Part shown: piece by piece, positions 1 to 7,933 of the stretch
How positions within the stretch are numbered: position 1 is the first letter of the stretch
Layout of the letters: each line of letters begins with the position of its first letter
Assembly (NCBI GenBank): GCA_002737635.1
Contig: NSIC01000001.1
Location: forward strand, 16,891 to 80,890
DNA: 64,000 nt
Direction: 5' to 3'
DNA from: Acidimicrobium sp.
GTDB taxonomy: Bacteria; Actinomycetota; Acidimicrobiia; Acidimicrobiales; Ilumatobacteraceae
Notes under the pieces: model-generated
The model's database searches: none
Told to the model about the DNA's origin: nothing
Seen by the model: only the letters and a program-made list of their open reading frames with translations
Program-made: the position numbers and the translations under genes

Positions 1-1239
1 AACTGCAATCGATGCCAACACTGGCCCAAAGATTTCTTCGCGCTCGATACGCATGCCTGGTTTGACATTTTGAAACACGGTTGGCTTGATGTAGACACCA
101 CCTTTTACTGGTTCGGCTTTTTCGCCGCCCGAAAAAACTTTTGCTCCTTCACTTTTGCCAATATCGATATAACTGAGCACGCGCTCGAATTGTGTCTTGT
201 CAACAATTGTGCCCATAGCCGTCGTCGGGTCATATGGGTCACCAGGCTGAATCGACTTGCCAACGTTTGCAATTTTTTCAAGCAACTCATCTTCAACTGC
301 TTTTTCGACAACCAACCGCGTGCCGGCATGACAAGTTTGTCCGGAGTTATAGAAAACACCCCAAGCAATCGATGAAGCCGCTGCGTCAAGATCTGCACAG
401 TCGCTCAACACAATTTGTGGCGTCTTGCCACCAAGTTCAAGCGACACAGATTTGCCGTTGCTCTCTGCCGCGTATTTCAAGAAATATCTGCCGACCTCCG
501 TCGAACCAGTAAATGCGAGTTTGTCGACATCCATATGTCGGCCAAGTGCGGCACCAGCCGTCGGACCAAAACCAGGCACGACATTCAATACACCGTCTGG
601 CAAACCTGCTCGCGAACCAAGTTCGGCGAAGAACAATGCCGACAGAGGCGACTGCTCTGCTGGTTTAAGCACAACTGAGTTGCCGCCAGCCAATGCGGCG
701 CCAACTTTCCATGAAGAAATAATCAACGGATAATTCCACGGCACGACTGCACCGACAACACCGAGCGGTTCACGCTCGATCAGCGCAACTGCATCGCGCG
801 GCACCGGTGCCACTTGTCCGTACATCTTGTCAATCGTTTCGGCGAACCATTGCAGGTTGTTGGCCGCAGAAGCAATGTCAACATTCACCGAGTCACCAAT
901 TGGCTTGCCGACATCCATGGTCTCAAGCAACGCAAGTTCGAAGATGTTTTCGCGCATCAACTGCACCCAGCGCAACATAATGTTCTTCCGCTCGAGCGGC
1001 GCCATTTCACTCCACACGCCATTGCTGAACGACTTTCGCGCAGCAGTCACTGCTCGATCAATGTCTAGCGAATCACCCTCGGCGACATTTGCAGCAACAG
1101 TATTGTCGCGCGGGTTGATCGACTCGAATGTCTTTCCGCTTGCTGCATCTACAAATTTTCCGTCTATAAACAGTTGGGTTCGTGACACTTTTTGCGCCGC
1201 GCGTTTTGTCCATTCTTCGCGACTAAGTAGATCGGTCAT
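1..1239 (-). CDS. NAD(P)-dependent aldehyde dehydrogenase (3' end cut by window edge)
   Basis: Absent from the ORF track because the stop lies beyond the left edge. My reverse-strand translation from ATG 1239..1237 (GGAGAG 5 nt upstream) gives MTDLLSREEWTKRAAQKVSRTQLFIDGKFVDAASGKTFESINP... ALDH hallmarks are present: VVPWNYPL, VLKPAEQSP, ELGGKTPQIV, FYNSGQTCHAGTR, EEIFGPV. Confidence 0.85.
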   Translation of the reverse strand, partial: MTDLLSREEWTKRAAQKVSRTQLFIDGKFVDAASGKTFESINPRDNTVAANVAEGDSLDIDRAVTAARKSFSNGVWSEMAPLERKNIMLRWVQLMRENIFELALLETMDVGKPIGDSVNVDIASAANNLQWFAETIDKMYGQVAPVPRDAVALIEREPLGVVGAVVPWNYPLIISSWKVGAALAGGNSVVLKPAEQSPLSALFFAELGSRAGLPDGVLNVVPGFGPTAGAALGRHMDVDKLAFTGSTEVGRYFLKYAAESNGKSVSLELGGKTPQIVLSDCADLDAAASSIAWGVFYNSGQTCHAGTRLVVEKAVEDELLEKIANVGKSIQPGDPYDPTTAMGTIVDKTQFERVLSYIDIGKSEGAKVFSGGEKAEPVKGGVYIKPTVFQNVKPGMRIEREEIFGPVLASIAV

Positions 1240-1267
1240 CTTTTCTCTCCGTTACTTTTTTGCCTAA

Positions 1268-2128
1268 TTGTCAAGCCACGACGCTATCAGTACGACCTGT
1301 CAGAATATAGGCGTGCCGTTAGATCAAGCGTCGAACACCCCGACAACTTGTCTCTTGGCAATCGCCTCGGTGCATCGCACTGGTTCAACATTGCTTTGTT
1401 CGATATTGCGAGCAACTCACTTGGCAGGCATGCCAATGGAATACCTAAATATTCACACCAAGAACTTCACCAATTTTCGCAACGAAAACAACCTGCCAAA
1501 ACTCAACTTGCGTGGCGCTCTGATCGGCACAATACGCAAAGTCACCGGACGCAATGCCTGGCGCAACATCGAATATTTCTCTGATTCGTCATGGTGCGCA
1601 TATCTAAATCGCGCAGCCGAACTGAACACGACAACAAATGGCGTATTCGGCATAAAGATGCACTACAACCAATACGAAGAGCACATGCTGCAGCGCGGCA
1701 TCGACGCCAACTTTTGGAATGCACCGATCAAATGGGTGCGCATCACCCGCGACAACGAAGTTCGACAGGCAATTTCACTCGTTCGCGCCGAACAGTCGAA
1801 CCAATGGAACAGCAACATGTCGGCAATTCGCGAACCCGTTTATGACGAGCTGGCCATTGTCGAAGCACTCGAAACAATTTCTGTTGCCAACAAAAATTGG
1901 GATGCATACTTCGCCAAGCATTCGATCACCCCGTTGCTCGTCACTTACGAGCAACTCACCCGCGACATGGATGCAACAGTGCGTCGAATTATGAGTCACA
2001 TCAACACGCCAATCGACACAGTGCCAGAGCCACAAACCAAGCGACAATCAGATGGCGCAAGCGCACAGTGGGAGCAACAATTCTTGAACTCGCGACCCGA
2101 ATTTGCCTCGCGTGCTGCCACAATATAA
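1268..2128 (+). CDS. Stf0-like PAPS-dependent sulfotransferase
   Basis: Track ORF of 286 aa. It has an N-terminal 5'-phosphosulfate-binding-type loop, ASVHRTGSTLLCSILR. Blocks are colinear with mycobacterial Stf0 as I remember it: NGVFGIKMH, VRITRDNEVRQAISLVRAEQS, C-terminal KRQSD..W. The start is ambiguous (TTG 1268 or GTG 1313). Confidence 0.7.
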   Translation: MSSHDAISTTCQNIGVPLDQASNTPTTCLLAIASVHRTGSTLLCSILRATHLAGMPMEYLNIHTKNFTNFRNENNLPKLNLRGALIGTIRKVTGRNAWRNIEYFSDSSWCAYLNRAAELNTTTNGVFGIKMHYNQYEEHMLQRGIDANFWNAPIKWVRITRDNEVRQAISLVRAEQSNQWNSNMSAIREPVYDELAIVEALETISVANKNWDAYFAKHSITPLLVTYEQLTRDMDATVRRIMSHINTPIDTVPEPQTKRQSDGASAQWEQQFLNSRPEFASRAATI

Positions 2129-2130
2129 GT

Positions 2131-3021
2131 GTGAGCGTTTCGGCGATATTTGATCCAACTAAATGGACCCAAGTTAAAGATTTTTCTTTCCGTGACATCA
2201 CCTACCACCGCGCCAACGATCACGGCACGGTTCGCGTCGCTTTTAACCGCCCCGAAGTTCGCAACGCCTTTCGCCCAAGCACAGTCGACGAGCTTTATCG
2301 CGCGCTAGACCACGCACGCCAGACAGTTGATGTCGGGTGTGTGTTGTTAACTGGCAACGGTCCATCACCCAAAGATGGTGGTTGGGCTTTTTGCAGTGGC
2401 GGTGACCAGCGCATTCGCGGTCGAGATGGCTATCAATACGAATCTGATGACCAAAACAAATCAAGCACCGGACGACTGCACATTCTCGAGGTGCAACGAC
2501 TAATTCGCTTCATGCCGAAAATTGTGATCTGTGTAGTGCCTGGTTGGGCTGCTGGTGGCGGTCACAGTTTGCATGTCGTCAGCGACTTAACTTTGGCCAG
2601 CAGAGAACACGCCAAGTTCAAACAAACAGATGCTGATGTTGCAAGTTTTGACGGTGGCTTCGGCTCGGCTTATCTTGCGCGCCAAGTTGGACAAAAGTTT
2701 GCCCGCGAAATTTTCTTTTTGGGCCGCGAATATTCTGCCGAAGATGCACACCGCATGGGCATGGTCAATGCGGTCGTCGATCATGCAGACCTTGAAAAGG
2801 TCGCTCTCGAATGGGCTCGTGAGATCAACGCAAAAAGCCCAATGGCCCAGCGAATGCTCAAGTTTGCGTTCAACGCAATCGATGACGGCCTTGTCGGTCA
2901 ACAAATTTTCGCCGGCGAGGCAACTCGGCTGGCCTACATGACCGAAGAAGCCACCGAGGGTCGAGACTCGTTTGTTGAAAAGCGCGACCCTGACTGGTCG
3001 AAATACCCCTGGCATTTTTAA
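2131..3021 (+). CDS. menB: 1,4-dihydroxy-2-naphthoyl-CoA synthase
   Basis: Blocks are near-identical to M. tuberculosis MenB: VRVAFNRPEVRNAFRP, LLTGNGPSPKDGGWAFCSGGDQRIRG, GWAAGGGHSLHVV, FKQTDADV.SFDGG.GSAYLARQVGQKFAREIFFLG. The track ORF (from 1897) over-extends into the sulfotransferase gene. In-frame GTG 2131 lies 2 nt after that gene's stop. Confidence 0.92.
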   Translation: MSVSAIFDPTKWTQVKDFSFRDITYHRANDHGTVRVAFNRPEVRNAFRPSTVDELYRALDHARQTVDVGCVLLTGNGPSPKDGGWAFCSGGDQRIRGRDGYQYESDDQNKSSTGRLHILEVQRLIRFMPKIVICVVPGWAAGGGHSLHVVSDLTLASREHAKFKQTDADVASFDGGFGSAYLARQVGQKFAREIFFLGREYSAEDAHRMGMVNAVVDHADLEKVALEWAREINAKSPMAQRMLKFAFNAIDDGLVGQQIFAGEATRLAYMTEEATEGRDSFVEKRDPDWSKYPWHF

Positions 3022-3049
3022 TCTTGCGACACTTGCGCTAGAACTCGCA

Positions 3050-3853
3050 ATGATCACGACAATTACCTCAAGTCAAGATCCGCGACTTGATCCGCTCCGG
3101 CTCAACGAGCGCCAGTTAACGACTATCGCCGAGCGTCGATCGACACTTGCCGCCGGTCGGTTCATCGCCGAGGGTGATCTCGTCGTCGCGCGCGCGCTGG
3201 CTGCTGGCTACAAACCTGAAGTCGTGTTGTGTGATGCCGAACAAGCCGAGCGATTACATCTTCAGATTTATCAACTCGGTGGCCTGTGCTTGACTGCCGA
3301 CATCGAAATTCGCCGCCAAGCAACAGGTCTCGGCGTACCGCTCAGCGCCCTCGGCGTTTTCTATCGACCCAACCCCCGAACAGTCGACCAAGTGATTGCT
3401 CTAGCCAACCGAATAATCGTTGTCGAAGCGGTTGATAACCCCAGCAACATCGGGGCGATCGTTCGCTGCGCAACTGGTTTGGGTTGGGATGGTTTGATCT
3501 GCGACACGACGAGTGCCGACCCACTTTCTCGCCGCGGGCTGCGGGTTTCTATGGGATCGGCTTTTAATTTAAGTTTCGCGCGCACAGCCGACATCGTTCA
3601 GACGCTTCAAACATTGCACGCTCAAGATTTCAAAATCTTCGCTCTAACGCCAGACTTCGACTCAGTCGATATTGACCAAATCAAACTTGCACCTTCGCAA
3701 AAACGAGCAATAATTTTTGGTTCAGAGCGCGCCGGCCTTAGCGAGCAAGCACTCGCCTGCGCCGACGCTCACGTCAAAATTGCGATGAACCCAAATATTG
3801 ATTCGCTAAATGTCGCCGCCGCGGCGGCAATCAGTTGCTACGCGCTTCGTTAA
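3050..3853 (+). CDS. TrmH/SpoU-family RNA 2'-O-methyltransferase
   Basis: SpoU motifs are present: VEAVDNPSNIGAIVRCATGLGWDGLICD, IIFGSERAGLS, NPNIDSLNVAAAAAISCYAL. ATG 3050 was chosen because the track start at 2972 overlaps the menB 3' end. Confidence 0.8.
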   Translation: MITTITSSQDPRLDPLRLNERQLTTIAERRSTLAAGRFIAEGDLVVARALAAGYKPEVVLCDAEQAERLHLQIYQLGGLCLTADIEIRRQATGLGVPLSALGVFYRPNPRTVDQVIALANRIIVVEAVDNPSNIGAIVRCATGLGWDGLICDTTSADPLSRRGLRVSMGSAFNLSFARTADIVQTLQTLHAQDFKIFALTPDFDSVDIDQIKLAPSQKRAIIFGSERAGLSEQALACADAHVKIAMNPNIDSLNVAAAAAISCYALR

Positions 3854-3902
3854 CTGGCATTGGCTCGCAGTATCTCGCGGAATTTCACGGTATCTCGCTT
3901 TA

Positions 3903-4319
3903 TTAACGCGGATATTCAGCCGAAGAAATCGGCAAGCCCGTGTCATTGCGCAAGTGCTCGGCGGCTTTGACGAAATATTCGGTCATCGCGCTACGAATCT
4001 CGTCGTCAGCCACGAGTTCATTCACCGCAGTAAGCATGTGCACCAGCCACCGATCGCGCTCTAAATTGCCGATACGAAACGGCATGTGTCGCATTCGCAA
4101 TTGTGGATGACCGCGATTCTCGTTGAACAACATCGGTCCACCCCAGTATTGGGCGAGAAACCAAGTCAAGTGCTGGCGTGCCTTGACTAAATTTTTCGGG
4201 TCTTCATACAGCACAATCAAGACTTCGTCAGTGGCCACACCTTCATAAAAGCGGTCGACGAGTCTTTCAAAAAAAGAAAGACCACCAACTTGCTCGAAGA
4301 TCGAACTATCTGAACTCAG
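3903..4319 (-). CDS. glbO: Group II truncated haemoglobin (trHbO)
   Basis: Core motifs are QYWGGP and RGHPQLRMRHMPFRI. The track starts at GTG 4238, but the frame stays open upstream. That upstream part encodes the conserved trHb N-terminus SIFEQVGGLSFFERLVDRFYEGVATDEV (compare Mtb GlbO SFYDAVGG..IVSRFYAQVAEDEV). There is no in-frame ATG/GTG/TTG before 4238. CTG 4319..4317 is the best candidate initiator. Confidence 0.7.
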   Translation of the reverse strand: MSSDSSIFEQVGGLSFFERLVDRFYEGVATDEVLIVLYEDPKNLVKARQHLTWFLAQYWGGPMLFNENRGHPQLRMRHMPFRIGNLERDRWLVHMLTAVNELVADDEIRSAMTEYFVKAAEHLRNDTGLPISSAEYPR

Positions 4320-5199
4320 GGTCTTGCCAATCTGGAAACAAATTCGGCATGTCGTTTGAAACTTTCATCGTGAAGTTTGCCGCACGCTTTTCAAGAAAAC
4401 TCATTACACCTTCGCGTGCATCGGCAGACTTGCCGCGTTGCAAAATGCCGCGTGATTCAGCCCGATGGGCTTCCATCGGGTGCGAAGCACCGAGCATTCG
4501 CCACAACATCTGTCGCGATAGCGCAACAGAAACTGGTGCCGTATTTTCGACGATTTCTTTGGCCAGCGCACGCGCCGCGCCGAGCAGTTCGCCGGCGCTA
4601 TGAATACTTCGCACGAGACCGGCTTCACGGGCTTCATCTGGCGAAATCATTCGACCAGTAAAAACCCATTCAGTTGCTAGCGAGATGCCAACAACGCGGG
4701 GCAAAAACCAAGAAGAGCATGCCTCGGTGATGATGCCACGTCGGGCAAAAACAAAACCAAACTTTGCGCCATCGCTCGCCAAACGAATATCCATCGGCAA
4801 AGTCATCGTCACGCCAACGCCGACAGCCGGACCATTTATTGCCCCAATGACCGGTTTCAAACTTTCAAAAATTCGCAGAGACACCAGCCCACCGCCGTCG
4901 CGAGGCAAATGTGCACCATCATCGCTAACACCTCTGCTCGCACCACCGCTTTTAGCCATCACATCACTACCACCTCGACTAAAAGTTTCTCCACCAGCAG
5001 AGAGATCGGCTCCGGCACAAAACGCTCGACCAGCACCAGTCACGATCACTGCTCGAACATTGTCGTCGGCATCAGACAAGTCAAATGCGGCAATAATTTC
5101 ATGCAGCATTGTGTTTGTAAACGCATTAAGTTTCTCTGGACGATTCAGCGTGATCGTCGCGACTTGATCGCTCACTTCGTAGTTGATTTGACTAAACAT
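4306..5199 (-). CDS. Enoyl-CoA hydratase/isomerase (crotonase) family protein
   Basis: Motifs: ATITLNRPEKLNAFT, VIVTGAGRAFCAGADLS. ATG 5199 (MFSQINYEV...) was preferred because the track start at 5244 runs into the ftsX 3' end. Confidence 0.82.
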   Translation of the reverse strand: MFSQINYEVSDQVATITLNRPEKLNAFTNTMLHEIIAAFDLSDADDNVRAVIVTGAGRAFCAGADLSAGGETFSRGGSDVMAKSGGASRGVSDDGAHLPRDGGGLVSLRIFESLKPVIGAINGPAVGVGVTMTLPMDIRLASDGAKFGFVFARRGIITEACSSWFLPRVVGISLATEWVFTGRMISPDEAREAGLVRSIHSAGELLGAARALAKEIVENTAPVSVALSRQMLWRMLGASHPMEAHRAESRGILQRGKSADAREGVMSFLEKRAANFTMKVSNDMPNLFPDWQDPEFR

Positions 5200-6097
5200 C
5201 AAGAAAACGCGTCGCCGCAATCGCCGAACCGATAGCGCCGACAAAGGCGCCGATACCCAGCAAAATAAACATCACCGAAGTTAAATAACTATCGGGCACA
5301 ACAAGCGAACTAATGCCCGTGCCAGGTTTAAAACCAGTGACGCCGCTCGTCCACGCCGAATTCAAGACCCACAAACCACCACAAGAAACGACGCCACCGA
5401 TTAGGCCCTGCAACAAGCCTTCTAACATAAACGGAATTCGAATAAACCAGTTGGTTGCACCAACCAGTTTCATCACTTCTATTTCACGACGCCGTGCAAA
5501 CATCGCCGTGCGAATCGTATTCCAGATCAAACCCACGGCTACAAGTAAAAGCACTAATGAAGTAATCAGTGTCACGACACGAATGAAGTTAGACAAAGTA
5601 GAAATGACTTCGAACTCATCTTCGGCCAGCGCTACCGCTTCAACCCCGGGCAAAGTGCGATATTGATCGCTCAACGACCTAACAAGGGTCGGGTCATCAG
5701 AAAGTGGCACGACTTTAAATTGTGTCGGTATCGTCTCTGGCGTCAACAAACCAAGAGTTACCGGATCGCCAGCAAATATTCGTTTTGCTTCTTCGTAACT
5801 TTCAGTTTTGTTCAAATATCGCAACTTATCGACATCGATAATTGTTGGCGAGGCACGCAACACCGAGTCAATCAGCGTAATTTGTTCGGCAGATGCGTCG
5901 CTGCGCACGAAAACAATCATCTCTACATCGCCGCGCCACTGCACCAACAAGTTCTCAAACGCGCGTTGAATCAAAAAAGTTGCGCCGACGAGAAGTAACG
6001 AGACAGCCGAAGTCAACACTGCCGCAGCGGTCAGAGTTAGGTTGCGTCGAAAACTCTCCCAAGTTTCGCGAAAGGCGTATGCAATTCTCGAAAACAT
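5192..6097 (-). CDS. ftsX: Cell-division ABC transporter permease-like protein FtsX
   Basis: 301 aa. It has an N-terminal TM helix (FRRNLTLTAAAVLTSAVSLLLVG), a large extracytoplasmic loop and three C-terminal TM helices. It lies immediately downstream of ftsE (stop/start abut at 6097/6098). Confidence 0.88.
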   Translation of the reverse strand: MFSRIAYAFRETWESFRRNLTLTAAAVLTSAVSLLLVGATFLIQRAFENLLVQWRGDVEMIVFVRSDASAEQITLIDSVLRASPTIIDVDKLRYLNKTESYEEAKRIFAGDPVTLGLLTPETIPTQFKVVPLSDDPTLVRSLSDQYRTLPGVEAVALAEDEFEVISTLSNFIRVVTLITSLVLLLVAVGLIWNTIRTAMFARRREIEVMKLVGATNWFIRIPFMLEGLLQGLIGGVVSCGGLWVLNSAWTSGVTGFKPGTGISSLVVPDSYLTSVMFILLGIGAFVGAIGSAIAATRFLDV

Positions 6098-6775
6098 CTA
6101 CTCGTAAACCCCGCGTTCTTGGTCTCGCACAATAACGCCACGATCAAGCTGAATCACTCGCCTGCGCATCGCGTTAACGACTCGATGATCGTGAGTCGCC
6201 ATTATTACGGTCGTACCCGTCTGATTAATTTCGTCAAGCAAGCCCATGATGCCTTCGCTGGTAGTCGGATCAAGGTTGCCGGTCGGTTCGTCGGCCAACA
6301 TGATTAACGGCCGATTAACGAAGGCTCGGGCAATTGAAACTCGCTGTTGCTCACCGCCTGAAAGCTGGTTCGGAAACCTGTCTTGCTTGTCGGCCAAACC
6401 GACCAAATCGAGCACGATCGGCACCTGACGAGCGATCACATGGCGCGGCTTGCCGATCACTTCGAGGGCGAACGCCACATTTTCGAACACAGTTTTGTTG
6501 AGCAGCAATTTATAGTCTTGAAACACGTTGCCCATACTGCGGCGAAGATGCGGCACTCGCGATGCGGGCAGCTCATTTATGTTTTGACCCGCGACCCATA
6601 CATCGCCCCGCTCGGGTTGTTCTTGACGATTGATCAGACGCAACAGCGTCGATTTACCAGAGCCCGACGGTCCAACCAAAAATACGAACTGGCTTTTGGG
6701 TATATCAAAAGACGCGTCTCTTACGGCAACTGTTTCGGTTCCGTAGATTTTCGTCACATTTTCAAGACGAATCAT
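6098..6775 (-). CDS. ftsE: Cell-division ATP-binding protein FtsE
   Basis: Walker [17 protein letters not shown] signature [14 protein letters not shown], Walker [13 protein letters not shown]. The size (225 aa) and the position before ftsX fit. Confidence 0.92.
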   Translation of the reverse strand: MIRLENVTKIYGTETVAVRDASFDIPKSQFVFLVGPSGSGKSTLLRLINRQEQPERGDVWVAGQNINELPASRVPHLRRSMGNVFQDYKLLLNKTVFENVAFALEVIGKPRHVIARQVPIVLDLVGLADKQDRFPNQLSGGEQQRVSIARAFVNRPLIMLADEPTGNLDPTTSEGIMGLLDEINQTGTTVIMATHDHRVVNAMRRRVIQLDRGVIVRDQERGVYE

Positions 6776-6817
6776 TGCGTCAAACTTACCATCGTCAGAT
6801 TGGCTCGCCGATCAGGC

Positions 6818-7918
6818 CTATTGGCTGTCAGAACGCCGCCAACGCAGAAAGCCTTCCATAAATTCATCTAAATCACCGTCAAGCACGGCCGTGACATTGC
6901 TGCTCTCGACACTTGACCTGAGATCTTTCACCATTTGATATGGCTGCAACACATACGAACGAATTTGACTGCCCCATCCAACTTGCGCTTGCTTGCCGGC
7001 AATCTGCGAAAGCGCTGCGGCTTTTTCTTCTTCGTCTTGGGCGATGATCATCGCTTTCAAGCGTTTCATCGCGCTCTCACGATTTTGCAACTGACTGCGC
7101 TCTTGCTGCGATGAAGCGACTAGACCAGTCGGCTCGTGGATCAAGCGCACCGCCGACGACGTCTTGTTGACATGTTGACCACCCGCTCCAGAGGCACGAA
7201 AAACTTCCATACGAATGTCGCTTTCGTTAATTTCAAGTTCAGCCTGATCAAGAATCGGCCAAATCTGCACCAATGCAAAACTTGTCTGCCGACGACCTTG
7301 GTTATCAAATGGACTAATTCGCACAAGTCGATGAGTGCCGCGCTCGCTAGTCAATAGCCCGTACGCATATCGGCCACGAATCGTCACATCAGCCGACAAA
7401 ATTCCGGCTTCGGTGCCGATCGAAACATCCCCAATTTCAAATGCAAACCCACGACGCTCAGCCCAGCGCCGAAACATTCGTAACAACATCTCGCTCCAGT
7501 CTTGGGCGTCGACACCACCGTCTTTGGCGTTGATCTGCAAAATTGCATCGCATTCGTCGTGCTCACCCGTAAACATGCTGCGCATTTCAAGCGAGTCAAG
7601 TTGGCTACGACACGACGCAATACCCTTTTCAAGTTCTGGTTCTTGGGTTGCATCATCTTCTGCACGAGCAAGTTCGTGCAACACGAACAAGTCGTCGACT
7701 GTGGCCGACAGCAAATTAAATTGATCAATGTCGGCTTTCAAAGATGCGTACTGCGAATTAACTTTCTTCGCATGTTCTTGGTCATTCCACAAATCTGGCT
7801 TGGCAACTTCACCTTCAAGTTCGACGAGCAACCCGCGCGAAGTTTCAATGTTCAAATATTGCGATGCCTCACCGATGCGGCGATGCAATTCGGCAAGGTC
7901 ACTTGAAAAATCTTTCAT
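6818..7918 (-). CDS. prfB: Peptide chain release factor 2
   Basis: RF2-specific SPF tripeptide (RISPFDNQGRRQTSFA) and the GGQ motif (SGAGGQHVNKTSSAVR). It is a single uninterrupted 366-aa frame from ATG, so no +1 frameshift site is needed. Confidence 0.95.
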   Translation of the reverse strand: MKDFSSDLAELHRRIGEASQYLNIETSRGLLVELEGEVAKPDLWNDQEHAKKVNSQYASLKADIDQFNLLSATVDDLFVLHELARAEDDATQEPELEKGIASCRSQLDSLEMRSMFTGEHDECDAILQINAKDGGVDAQDWSEMLLRMFRRWAERRGFAFEIGDVSIGTEAGILSADVTIRGRYAYGLLTSERGTHRLVRISPFDNQGRRQTSFALVQIWPILDQAELEINESDIRMEVFRASGAGGQHVNKTSSAVRLIHEPTGLVASSQQERSQLQNRESAMKRLKAMIIAQDEEEKAAALSQIAGKQAQVGWGSQIRSYVLQPYQMVKDLRSSVESSNVTAVLDGDLDEFMEGFLRWRRSDSQ

Positions 7919-7933
7919 AATGCTTAATTCGCT

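Noticed and set aside
1897-2130. 78-aa N-terminal extension of MenB in the longest ORF
   Set aside because: It overlaps the 3' third of the sulfotransferase gene in another frame. MenB homology starts only after GTG 2131.
3854-3902. Direct repeat GTATCTCGC x2 between the convergent TrmH-family and glbO genes, as a possible terminator
   Set aside because: The copies are direct, not inverted, and no stable hairpin or U-tract is evident.
6818-7918. Programmed +1 frameshift site in prfB (CUU UGA C type), as in many bacteria
   Set aside because: The RF2 reading frame is continuous from ATG 7918 through the SPF and GGQ motifs to the stop. There is no early in-frame TGA and no need for a frameshift.
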